The notes: generated by a model from the sequence alone, not told the origin. A stretch of 25,259 nucleotides of DNA from a virus (IMGVR_UViG_3300048856_000030:1-25259), one strand, 5' to 3'; positions 1 to 7,245 are shown, counted from the first letter of the stretch. Numbers and translations are program-made.

Positions 1-80
1 AACTCGCCGGCGGTGACTTCGACCCCTGTCGGGTCGACCCGTGACCGACGCCGATCGAGCAGCTGCGTGTACCCGCTCAT
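1..80 (-). CDS. N-terminus of a gene running off the window; possibly a phage SNF2-like helicase (often fused to a DNA methylase)
   Basis: ATG at 80 overlaps the upstream stop (ATGA). Reads MSGYTQLLDRRRSRVDPTGVEVTAGE, resembling the N-termini of phage helicase/methylase proteins. Only 26 codons are visible. Confidence 0.35.
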   Translation of the reverse strand, partial: MSGYTQLLDRRRSRVDPTGVEVTAGE

Positions 81-535
81 GCCTGCTCACCTCGCATGGT
101 CTTCGCGATGGATTGCAGGAGGGTGACGTCGCGTTCTATCGCTTCGGCGAAGTCCTTCGCGTATTCGAAAGCGAGCCAGGCGTCGTCGTGTGCGTCGACG
201 GCGGCCATGAGGCGCTCGTCGACGCCGTAGGCGAGCTCGCGGAGCTCGGTCATGGTGGCGCGCTGCCCGAACTCCTTGCGGAGGTTGTAGACGGCGAGGC
301 CGAGGGCGATCTTCTTCTCCCGCTCGGCGGCCTTCAGCTTCTTCCGGTACTCGTCGAGTGCGCTCGGCGCGGACAGGTTCTTCGCGCGGGCCATCGACAG
401 GGCGCCGAGTATCTGCGCCGGCGACGGGGCCCACTGTGCGAGGAGTGCCTCATCGAGGACGGCGATGTTCAGGGGGACGATGTCGAAGCCGGGGGCGACC
501 TCGATGACAGCGCCGGTCTGCGGGTCGGCGTTCAC
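77..535 (-). CDS. Hypothetical helical protein, possibly a UvsY-like recombination mediator
   Basis: 152 aa with ATGA overlaps at both ends. Coiled-coil/helical composition, directly downstream of the exonuclease-annealase pair. The function is a guess. Confidence 0.6.
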   Translation of the reverse strand: MNADPQTGAVIEVAPGFDIVPLNIAVLDEALLAQWAPSPAQILGALSMARAKNLSAPSALDEYRKKLKAAEREKKIALGLAVYNLRKEFGQRATMTELRELAYGVDERLMAAVDAHDDAWLAFEYAKDFAEAIERDVTLLQSIAKTMRGEQA

Positions 536-1248
536 CGGCGGCGGCCCTTCTTGCGGGTCGCGGCGCGACGCTCGGCACGGTTGCCGGGGAGACGATCCTG
601 TGGCTGTGGGCGCTCCATGGATGCGGGCGCCAACGCGGGTTCAGCGGCGGGGCTCCATGCGGCGTCGGCGAGCTGCATGCGGCGGGCGCGCATCTGACGG
701 TGCAGCGCGGTCCCGGCGGCATCCGGGGTGAAGACGCGGGCGACGCGGGCTTCCGCGTCGAGTGCGCTGAGCGCGTCGAGGTTCTCCGTCGCCGCGATCT
801 CTGCTGCCCAGTCGCGGACGGGCGGCTCGGTGGGCGCGGCGGGCGCCGAGGCGCGTTCCTCATCCTCGATGACCATGTCGCCGAGCAGGTCGCGGAACGT
901 CTGACGGAACGCGACCATGCGCGCGGTGCGACCGAAGTGACGCATCGGGGATCTCTCCCACTTCCCGGCCCACTCGTCCGACGCGGCCGGGAACTGCTCA
1001 TCCCAGCGGATCGTCACGGTTGTGGGGACTCGGACTTCCTTGCGGTACACGGTCACGCGGGCAAACTCGGGGTGCTGCACGAGGCGCACGTTCTGCTCGT
1101 CGCCGCGCTCGACGGCGGGCGCCCACGTCTCGCGCCAGGTCTCGCCGTCATCGGAGAACTCGACCGGCCCGGTGCCATCCCAGAGGCCCGACGCGTGGAC
1201 CGTGCGCTCGACTTCACCGATGGTCTTAACTTCAAGGAGTTCTGGCAT
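532..1248 (-). CDS. RecT/Bet-family single-strand annealing protein (divergent)
   Basis: Bet-like blocks DGTGPVEFSDDGETWRETW, ARVTVYRK and W..SPMRHFGRTARMVAFRQTF...EDE. Immediately downstream of the YqaJ exonuclease. RBS AGGAGG upstream. Confidence 0.7.
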   Translation of the reverse strand: MPELLEVKTIGEVERTVHASGLWDGTGPVEFSDDGETWRETWAPAVERGDEQNVRLVQHPEFARVTVYRKEVRVPTTVTIRWDEQFPAASDEWAGKWERSPMRHFGRTARMVAFRQTFRDLLGDMVIEDEERASAPAAPTEPPVRDWAAEIAATENLDALSALDAEARVARVFTPDAAGTALHRQMRARRMQLADAAWSPAAEPALAPASMERPQPQDRLPGNRAERRAATRKKGRRR

Positions 1249-1251
1249 CGC

Positions 1252-2211
1252 TCACGCCTCCTGGTAGCGCAGCGCGGTGCGCCGCGTGGTCTTCGGGAAC
1301 CGCTTCTTCGCAGCCGCCTCGGCGAAGGCGAGGTCGACGCGCAGCTGCTCGATACGGGCTTGTTCGGTCGGGTCGGCGGCCTTCCACGCGGCCTCGTCGA
1401 TCGACACGATCTCGGTCACGCCGAGCTGGAAGCCGCCCTCCTCGCCCATGCCGACGGCCCCGAACCGCCTCGCGTGCGGGAGCTTCGCGACTGCGGCTTT
1501 CAATGCGTCGGCTGCTTCCTTCTCGGCCGCGGCGTAGGTGTCGAGCTTCCGCTTCAGCGGTGCCCAATAGTCGAGTGCGACGGTGACTTCGTCGGGCAGG
1601 TCGTCGACATCGGGGCATCCGGCCTCACGCCAGGCGATGAACGCGTCCGCGCGTTCGATGAGCCACGCGATCATCTCGTCGTCGCGCGGAACGGGAATCC
1701 ATGTCGCGCCGTCGACAGGGGGCATATCGTTCTCGTCGCGGACCTCGAAGCCGTAAAGACCGCAGAACGCGCCGAGAACGTGGATCTGCCACTGCAGCTG
1801 CCCGAGGTGGTCCAGCGGGATGCTGTCGCTTTCCCATCCGAACTCGTGGGACTTCACCTCGACGACGATCGTGTCGTCGTTCGCATTGCGCCCGATCCCG
1901 TCGGGGGTTGCGCGGTGCAGGTCGTTGTCGGCCGCGGCCCAGAGGGCGCCGTTCGGTCGAACGCTCGTCAGGTGGTCGGCGGCCTCGTCGAGCAGCGCCG
2001 CCTCGCGGGCGCTCCCGGCGCGAGTGGCCGCGGTGCCTCGGAACGTCGAGCCGTTCATCTTCTCGGCGGCGATTGTGCGCCAGGCCTTCAGGCTGCCGCG
2101 GGCGATGCGCCACGCCTGCGAGGCGGTGACGCCCTCGCCGCGCTCGGCCATCCACTCCTCGCGGGGTGCCCCCTCGGCGACGACGATGCGGGGTGCTGTC
2201 GTGATGGTCAT
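1252..2211 (-). CDS. YqaJ-like viral recombinase exonuclease (RecE/lambda-exo family)
   Basis: Motifs REEWMAERGEGVTAS, ATPDG, VEVKS and QLQWQIHV. Start placed at ATG 2211 (ATGA overlap). Confidence 0.9.
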   Translation of the reverse strand: MTITTAPRIVVAEGAPREEWMAERGEGVTASQAWRIARGSLKAWRTIAAEKMNGSTFRGTAATRAGSAREAALLDEAADHLTSVRPNGALWAAADNDLHRATPDGIGRNANDDTIVVEVKSHEFGWESDSIPLDHLGQLQWQIHVLGAFCGLYGFEVRDENDMPPVDGATWIPVPRDDEMIAWLIERADAFIAWREAGCPDVDDLPDEVTVALDYWAPLKRKLDTYAAAEKEAADALKAAVAKLPHARRFGAVGMGEEGGFQLGVTEIVSIDEAAWKAADPTEQARIEQLRVDLAFAEAAAKKRFPKTTRRTALRYQEA

Positions 2212-2426
2212 ACGCTTGCCTTTCTGGGGAGCTTGTCGAGGGTGGTGTCCCACCAGATCTCGGCTTGGATGTGGTTGCAGGACGAGAGGACGGCCTTCCC
2301 TGTTTTCCGGTTCAGGGCGCGGATCTTGTATCGGACAGCGCCGACGACTACGACGTCGCCGACGTGCCAGAGCTTCTCGAGGGTCTTGGCCGGGAGGGTC
2401 CGTGGGGCGGAGGCGGCGATGGTCAT
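2208..2426 (-). CDS. Hypothetical protein, 72 aa
   Basis: RBS GAAAGGG upstream, coupled to the exonuclease by ATGA, beta-rich sequence. Confidence 0.7.
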   Translation of the reverse strand: MTIAASAPRTLPAKTLEKLWHVGDVVVVGAVRYKIRALNRKTGKAVLSSCNHIQAEIWWDTTLDKLPRKASV

Positions 2427-2490
2427 TAGCGCCCTTTCAGGGGTCGGTCGACGGCGCGGCGCAGAGGCGCGGCGCGCGGGGCGTGTCGGG

Positions 2491-2580
2491 TTACGGCTTG
2501 CCGTTGAGCAGGTGGACGAACGTCCGCCGGCGGCGCGGCCGCCCGAACGACGACAGGGCGGCCATGGCGCGAGCGATCAC
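2491..2580 (-). CDS. Possible 29-aa basic peptide (MIARAMAALSSFGRPRRRRTFVHLLNGKP)
   Basis: GTGA overlap with the upstream stop; fills an operon gap. Confidence 0.4.
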   Translation of the reverse strand: MIARAMAALSSFGRPRRRRTFVHLLNGKP

Positions 2581-3029
2581 AGTGAGAACCCCGCGAGTTT
2601 CATCGGCGTGATGACGACGTGCATGCGCCCGGTGGTGCCGTCGGGGTGGGTGTGGCCGATGCCGAGGACAATGCATTCGTCGGCCGGCATCCACCGGACG
2701 TGATCGGCGCCCGCCTCGATGTCGAACTCTTGGGTGCCCCACGCGTTGAACGCGAGACGGAGGATCGTCTCCTCACGCATCCAGAGCGCGGCCTGCGCGA
2801 ACACGGCCGCCTGCAGCTCGAGGGGTGTGCTGCGTTCCGGGTCGGCGTCGAGGAACGACTCCCAGATGTGGACCGCGATGTCGTGGAGGTCGTCCCGCTC
2901 GAGGAGTCTCGCCCGGTTGGCGAGCTGATTCAGGAGATAGTGCGCGAGCGTGGCGCGGGCGCGGGATTCGGTGAGTCGGAGAGCGGCCAGCGCGAGGATG
3001 CGCTCGCCCTCTTGTACGGGGTGTTCCAT
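2577..3029 (-). CDS. Hypothetical protein, 150 aa
   Basis: RBS GAAGGG upstream; protein-like composition within the early operon. Confidence 0.7.
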   Translation of the reverse strand: MEHPVQEGERILALAALRLTESRARATLAHYLLNQLANRARLLERDDLHDIAVHIWESFLDADPERSTPLELQAAVFAQAALWMREETILRLAFNAWGTQEFDIEAGADHVRWMPADECIVLGIGHTHPDGTTGRMHVVITPMKLAGFSL

Positions 3030-3063
3030 CAGATGTGCCCTTCGTTCGGAACCGGTCGGATGG

Positions 3064-3315
3064 TCAGATGCTGTGCGGGTGGCGCGCGCGGTGGCGGCGG
3101 TCGTCTTCGTCGAGCTCGGCGTCGATGCGCGCGTACTCGGCGCCGAGTTCGGGCGTGGCGAACCAGACGTCGCGGCGGAACGCGCCGCACGCCCAGAAGA
3201 TGACGGCCATGAGCACCAGTGCGGCGCCCAACGCCTCCCAGGAGCGGTGGCCGGTGGCGAGCAGTGCCATCACGGCGAGGAACAGGGTGAGGGCGGTGTA
3301 GCGGACGATGTTCAT
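3064..3315 (-). CDS. Small two-TM membrane protein
   Basis: Two hydrophobic segments; ATGA overlap with the antirepressor stop. Confidence 0.7.
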   Translation of the reverse strand: MNIVRYTALTLFLAVMALLATGHRSWEALGAALVLMAVIFWACGAFRRDVWFATPELGAEYARIDAELDEDDRRHRARHPHSI

Positions 3316-4067
3316 GAGGCCTCCACGGCGTGCAGCACGCCAAGACGGACGCGGAGTCGTTCGACACCGCGAAGAGTGACCCGCACCTGCGGCGGATCGA
3401 TAACCAGATCCCCGGTGCGGGGGTGGTGGTGAGACTGCGGGCGCTCAGCGACGTACCCGGTGCTGACGTGCTGCGCGTAGGCGCGCCACTTGCCGTCGCC
3501 TGCGCGGAAGATCCAGCCGAGCGCGGCGAGCTGCTCGAAGAGACGCTGCGGGCCGGTCTCGATGCCGGCGCGGGCGAGGATCTTCGCCGCATCCGCGACC
3601 GAGTAGTCACCGTCCGCGGACGCGAGCTCATCCCACGCCTCAGCGCGTGGCGCGAGTTCCGCGATCTGAGTGTCGCGGCGGGCGATGAGTTCCTGAGCCT
3701 GCACGACCGCGCGGGCCATGAGCATCTCCGGCGTCTCGGGCGTGACGTAGGCGCCGGTGCGCCGGATGCTCGGGAGTACCTCGTGCGTCACCCACCGCTT
3801 GAACTCGCGGGCTTCGGGACGTCGCGACCGGATCACGAGTGAGTACAGTCCCGGTTCGTTCACCGTGGCGCGCGTCGGGTTCCCGGGGGTTCCGTCAGCA
3901 ATGGTGATGGAACCCTTCTCGTCGTCGTCGAGGCCGACGAGCGCCTGGGCCACATTCGCGAGGCCGAGCGCGGAGCACACGTCGGCAGCGATGAACCACG
4001 GCTCGCCGCTGTCGTCGATGACGCGGACGGGAACACCGTCGAATCGGAAGACCTCGAGCGCGTTCAC
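3312..4067 (-). CDS. Phage antirepressor (BRO-N plus ANT/KilAC)
   Basis: BRO motifs GEPWFIAADVC, VNEPGLYSLVIRSRRPEAREFKRWVTHEVLPSIRRTG; KilAC-like C-terminus (YSVADAAKIL...VRVTLRG). GTG start at 4067 by GTGA overlap. Confidence 0.92.
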   Translation of the reverse strand: MNALEVFRFDGVPVRVIDDSGEPWFIAADVCSALGLANVAQALVGLDDDEKGSITIADGTPGNPTRATVNEPGLYSLVIRSRRPEAREFKRWVTHEVLPSIRRTGAYVTPETPEMLMARAVVQAQELIARRDTQIAELAPRAEAWDELASADGDYSVADAAKILARAGIETGPQRLFEQLAALGWIFRAGDGKWRAYAQHVSTGYVAERPQSHHHPRTGDLVIDPPQVRVTLRGVERLRVRLGVLHAVEAS

Positions 4068-4309
4068 GCGACACCGCTCCGGGTCTGCACGCGCGTCGCG
4101 CTCACCCATGCGACGACGTCGTCGCGGTCGTAGAGCACGACCTTGCCGCTCTCGCCGGTGGGCTTGAAGTAGGGGGGATCGAGCCGCTTCTTGCGCCGCT
4201 TGGTCAGGATCTCCTCGGTCATGCCGGGGAGGAGTTCGCAGACCTGTGCTGGCGACAGCCACTCAACCGCCTGGGCGGGAGTGCTTCTGATCGCGGTAAC
4301 GGTACCCAT
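4064..4309 (-). CDS. Excisionase-like winged-HTH DNA-binding protein
   Basis: WLSPAQVCELL...PPYFK...VLYDRDDVVAW pattern typical of Xis/AlpA-like proteins; second gene of the early operon. Confidence 0.75.
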   Translation of the reverse strand: MGTVTAIRSTPAQAVEWLSPAQVCELLPGMTEEILTKRRKKRLDPPYFKPTGESGKVVLYDRDDVVAWVSATRVQTRSGVA

Positions 4310-4539
4310 CAGCGGGCCACCTTGCCCGCGAGGGTGTCGAGATCAACGCCCAGGAAGTCTGCGGCTGCTTCGATCTCGTCGAGCTTGAACGGGGCGTGCC
4401 CGTTGACTCTTGTCGATGTGTAGTTTCTGCTCCGCCCGATCGCCGTAGCCAGCTGCCCCTGATCGATGCGCTGTCTGGCGAGTTCGACGCGAACGCCCTC
4501 GGCGATGCGCTTCCAGTAGGGGTTCTCGGTTGGACTCAT
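4309..4539 (-). CDS. Cro-like XRE HTH protein, 76 aa, leaderless
   Basis: VRVELARQRIDQGQLATAIGRSRNYTSTRVNGHAPFKLDEI HTH, divergent from the repressor. ATG lies 6 nt after the -10. Confidence 0.85.
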   Translation of the reverse strand: MSPTENPYWKRIAEGVRVELARQRIDQGQLATAIGRSRNYTSTRVNGHAPFKLDEIEAAADFLGVDLDTLAGKVAR

Positions 4540-4606
4540 ATGGGAACGGTACATCTTGCATGAGGGCAATTGCAACCCCATGCGAGAGATTGTGTTCCCA
4601 TACGGG
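4535..4606. promoter_or_regulatory. Four putative repressor/Cro operators
   Basis: Quasi-palindromic 10-mers CTCATATGGG (4535), CTTGCATGAG (4555), CCCATGCGAG (4577) and CCCATACGGG (4597), spaced 20/22/20 bp. Confidence 0.7.
4546..4575 (-). promoter_or_regulatory. Early lytic (cro) promoter, sigma-A type
   Basis: Minus strand TTGCAA-N18-TACCGT-N6-ATG. Confidence 0.7.
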
Positions 4607-4612
4607 TACGCT
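4607..4612 (+). promoter_or_regulatory. Repressor promoter -10 element (leaderless)
   Basis: gggTACGCT-N6-ATG(4619); no clear -35. Confidence 0.6.
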
Positions 4613-4618
4613 GGCGGC

Positions 4619-5101
4619 ATGGCTTCAGGAGCACAGGGACGCGCGGAAGGTCTAGCGAAGACCTTCGCTGACTTCGTCCGACGGAGCGGTCTCACGCACG
4701 ACGAGATCGCCAAAGGCATCGGCATGTCGAAGACCTACACGTCCAAGCGCATCAACGGCGAAGGCCAGTTCACGCTGAAGGACTTCGAGCGGTACGCCGA
4801 TCTCGTCGGTCTCGAACCGCAGGAGTTGCTGGCTCGAGTACGCCTGCCAGAGGCTTCCGACTACGGCGGTCGTCTCGTGCCCGAGTTCGAGGTCGTGAGC
4901 GGCCCAGCGGGACGTTCCGTCTACCTCACCCGAGGCGTGGACCCCGAGCCCCGCCCGGCCGGGAACGTTATCGAGGGGCGGTTCGGTGTCGGACCCTCCA
5001 GCGAGGATGAACCGAACATCAAGCAGCCGCCAGCCGACGTAGAGCGCACGGCCGCACGAAAGGGCACCCGGAAAGCCGACCAGGCTCCGCACGCCGAATG
5101 A
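4619..5101 (+). CDS. Immunity repressor (XRE HTH, ImmR-like), 160 aa
   Basis: N-terminal HTH GLTHDEIAKGIGMSKTYTSKRINGE; no S24 autopeptidase domain; upstream of ImmA and integrase. Confidence 0.85.
   Translation: MASGAQGRAEGLAKTFADFVRRSGLTHDEIAKGIGMSKTYTSKRINGEGQFTLKDFERYADLVGLEPQELLARVRLPEASDYGGRLVPEFEVVSGPAGRSVYLTRGVDPEPRPAGNVIEGRFGVGPSSEDEPNIKQPPADVERTAARKGTRKADQAPHAE
4987..5008 (+). promoter_or_regulatory. Putative PafBC (RecA-NDp) promoter inside the repressor gene, pointing at immA-int
   Basis: TGTCGG-accctccagc-GAGGAT; exact 10-nt spacing, with A(-11) and T(-7) conserved and the first base of the -10 mismatched. Confidence 0.6.
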
Positions 5102-5120
5102 TCACGGGGAGGGGGTTCCG

Positions 5121-5564
5121 GTGAAAGAGATACTGCGGTTCGCCGCCTCGCTGAACATTTCCGTGCATGGCGCCCACCTCGAACCGGGGATTCTCGGCGA
5201 GTGGTACGAGGACCGCCGCGAGGTGTACTTCGACCTCCGGCAGACCCCCGACGAGCAGGTTTTCACCATCGCCCACGAGCTCGGTCATGCCCACCACGGG
5301 CACCAGTGCCGCGTCGGCACCCGTGCCGAAGACCAAGCCGACGAGTACGCAGCGCGCCTACTCATCGACCCCGCCGCCTACGCGGCGCTCGAGCGGCAGG
5401 GTCTCCCTCAGTACGACATCGCCGAGCATTTCGGCGTCAGCGTGGACGTCCTCAATCTCTGGATGAGGGACTGCCTCCTTGCGCTCCAGGGCGTCACGTA
5501 CGTGCGCTCGAAAATGGGGGTTGGCCAGTGGACCGCACGCTACCTCCGCGCCAAGAGCGCCTGA
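5121..5564 (+). CDS. ImmA/IrrE-family zinc metallopeptidase
   Basis: TIAHELGHAHHGH (HExxH) and EDQADEYAARLLI; RBS GGGAGGGG; located between repressor and integrase. Confidence 0.92.
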   Translation: MKEILRFAASLNISVHGAHLEPGILGEWYEDRREVYFDLRQTPDEQVFTIAHELGHAHHGHQCRVGTRAEDQADEYAARLLIDPAAYAALERQGLPQYDIAEHFGVSVDVLNLWMRDCLLALQGVTYVRSKMGVGQWTARYLRAKSA

Positions 5565-5565
5565 C

Positions 5566-6678
5566 ATGGCCGGCACGATCGAGCCCTACCCCACCGCGGG
5601 CGGGAAACGTTACCGCGTCCGCTACCGGAAGCCGGATGGCGCCCAGACCGACAAGCGCGGATTCAAAACGAAGCGCGAGGCCGAGAACTTCCTCGCCGAG
5701 GTCACCGTCGCCAGGGCTACCGGAGGCTACCTCGATCCGTCGCTCGGCAAGAAGACCGTGCGCATGTTCGGCGAGCAGTGGAAGACAGGCCGCCTCGCAC
5801 GCCTGAAACCTTCCAGCCGCAACACGATGGAGACGTCCTGGCGGGTGCACGTCGAGCCGAAGTGGGGAACCCGAGGCGTCGCCAGCATCCGCGCATCTGA
5901 GGTCGAGGACTGGGTGAGCTCGCTACTCACGAAGACCGACGAGCGGAAAGCTCTGAGCGCGCAGACCGTGCGCCGATGCGTCTTCGTTCTGTCGAGCGTT
6001 CTCGCGATCGCCGAGCGCGACGGAGTCATCCGCTCGTCGCCGACGAAGGGCGTCCCGCTGCCGGCGAAGAAGTCGAAGCCGAAGCGATACCTCACGCACG
6101 AGCAGGTCGAGCAGCTCGCAGCCGCCGCCCCAGGACACGAGACGTTGATGCTCCTTCTGGCGTACTCGGGCCTTCGCTGGGGCGAGGTGTCGGCGCTGCG
6201 CGTTCGCCATCTCGACATGCTCCGTCGGCGAATGCTGATTGAAGAGAACGCGGTGTTGGTGAAGGGCGTCTACGAGATCGGCACGCCCAAGCACGGCGAG
6301 TCTCGCGAGGTGCCGATTCCCCTGTTCCTCGTCAAGCCGATCGCCAAGCTCTGCGAGGGGAAGGGACGCGATGGATTCGTGTTCTCCGACGGCGCCTCGC
6401 CGATGACCTACCCCCACCGCACCTCGGGTTGGTTCGTGAAGGCCGTGACCGCCTGCCAGGCCGCAGACACGAGCTTCCCGACGATCACACCGCACGACCT
6501 GCGTCACACGGCCGCGTCGCTCGCGATCAGCGCAGGCGCGAACGTGAAGGCCGTGCAGCGGATGCTCGGCCACGCGTCGGCGGCCATGACGCTCGACGTC
6601 TACGCCGACCTGTTCGACGACGATCTAGAAGCCGTCGCCGTGGCGATGTCCGAAGCGAGGACCGCGGCAGTCTCTTGA
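5566..6678 (+). CDS. int: Tyrosine integrase, 370 aa
   Basis: Arm-binding N-terminus (YRVRYR...KRGFKTKREA); catalytic GLRWGE, TPK, HDLRH, LGH and TLDVY. Confidence 0.95.
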   Translation: MAGTIEPYPTAGGKRYRVRYRKPDGAQTDKRGFKTKREAENFLAEVTVARATGGYLDPSLGKKTVRMFGEQWKTGRLARLKPSSRNTMETSWRVHVEPKWGTRGVASIRASEVEDWVSSLLTKTDERKALSAQTVRRCVFVLSSVLAIAERDGVIRSSPTKGVPLPAKKSKPKRYLTHEQVEQLAAAAPGHETLMLLLAYSGLRWGEVSALRVRHLDMLRRRMLIEENAVLVKGVYEIGTPKHGESREVPIPLFLVKPIAKLCEGKGRDGFVFSDGASPMTYPHRTSGWFVKAVTACQAADTSFPTITPHDLRHTAASLAISAGANVKAVQRMLGHASAAMTLDVYADLFDDDLEAVAVAMSEARTAAVS

Positions 6679-6682
6679 GAGA

Positions 6683-6704
6683 TGTGGGCAAAACGTGGGC
6701 AGAA
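6683..6704 (+). repeat. Integrase arm-type site pair (left)
   Basis: TGTGGGCAAAA CGTGGGCAGAA. Confidence 0.8.
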
Positions 6705-6762
6705 CGACGGAAGGCCCCCGGGCGATCACCCGTGAGAGTGACCGGCCGGGGGCCTTGTCGTT
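6703..6762 (-). terminator. Long hairpin terminator between the convergent int and nrdF 3' end
   Basis: AAGGCCCCCGG...CCGGGGGCCTT stem with outer AACGAC/GTCGTT; the inner G-U pair favours folding of the minus-strand (nrdF) RNA. Confidence 0.7.
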
Positions 6763-6790
6763 GCTCTAGATCCGCGTAATTATGCGGCTA

Positions 6791-6922
<132 letters not shown>

Positions 6923-6926
6923 TTAG

Positions 6927-6966
6927 AGGGCCGTGAGGGGCCGTCATGGACTGTCACGGGCCGCCA
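6927..6966 (+). repeat. Four tandem 10-bp repeats, putative Xis/RDF sites
   Basis: AGGGCCGTGA GGGGCCGTCA TGGACTGTCA CGGGCCGCCA, adjacent to the right arm-type pair. Confidence 0.6.
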
Positions 6967-6968
6967 AG

Positions 6969-6990
6969 TGTGGGCAAGATGTGGGCACGC
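6969..6990 (+). repeat. Integrase arm-type site pair (right)
   Basis: TGTGGGCAAGA TGTGGGCACGC. Confidence 0.8.
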
Positions 6991-7032
6991 GGAAGCCGCA
7001 ACCGTCCTGCATGTGCGCTTGTCTCTCGTCGC

Positions 7033-7072
7033 TTGCATCTGCACTCATATGGGGTTACAGTACCCATATGCA
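7033..7072 (+). promoter_or_regulatory. Sigma-A promoter overlapped by two repressor-type operators
   Basis: TTGCAT-N17-TACAGT-N6-ATG; operators CTCATATGGG (7044, identical to 4535) and CCCATATGCA (7063). Confidence 0.7.
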
Positions 7073-7240
7073 GATCGACGCGCGCTCAGGCCGGTGGGTA
7101 GTGATGTCCAACAGAAGATGATTGGGGGACGATGGGGTCCCCGCCAACGGCAGACGCAGAAGCACCCGATCCACCGGACGATGACGTCCCCACAAACGAA
7201 CCAGCCCCCGTCGATCTCCAATCGGCGGGGGCTTTCGCGT
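7068..7240 (+). ncRNA. Putative repressor-controlled small RNA or mini-ORF transcript (17-aa MQIDARSGRWVVMSNRR at 7068-7121)
   Basis: Bounded by the promoter above and a + strand terminator; contains two 23-nt imperfect repeats. Confidence 0.5.
7203..7240 (+). terminator. Intrinsic terminator (probably also serving the convergent DUF3263 gene)
   Basis: AGCCCCCGTCGAT-ctcca-ATCGGCGGGGGCT-ttcgcgt; the U-G pair forms only on the + strand RNA. Confidence 0.75.
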
Positions 7241-7245
7241 GCGCT

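Noticed and set aside
700-2703. Long + strand ORFs (also 13879-15093, 17961-19385, 22827-23894 and others)
   Set aside because: Antisense shadows of clear minus-strand genes in high-GC DNA; no motifs or RBS.
4309-4725. Longer starts given by the ORF track for cro, repressor (4556), integrase (5479), antirepressor (4262), TM2 (7960) and scaffold (24962)
   Set aside because: They overlap neighbouring genes or promoters; shorter starts have leaderless -10 spacing, an RBS or stop-start coupling.
7127-7198. Canonical CRISPR array
   Set aside because: Only two imperfect 23-nt units, no resemblance to repeat families I recognise and no cas genes; kept only as an sRNA repeat finding.
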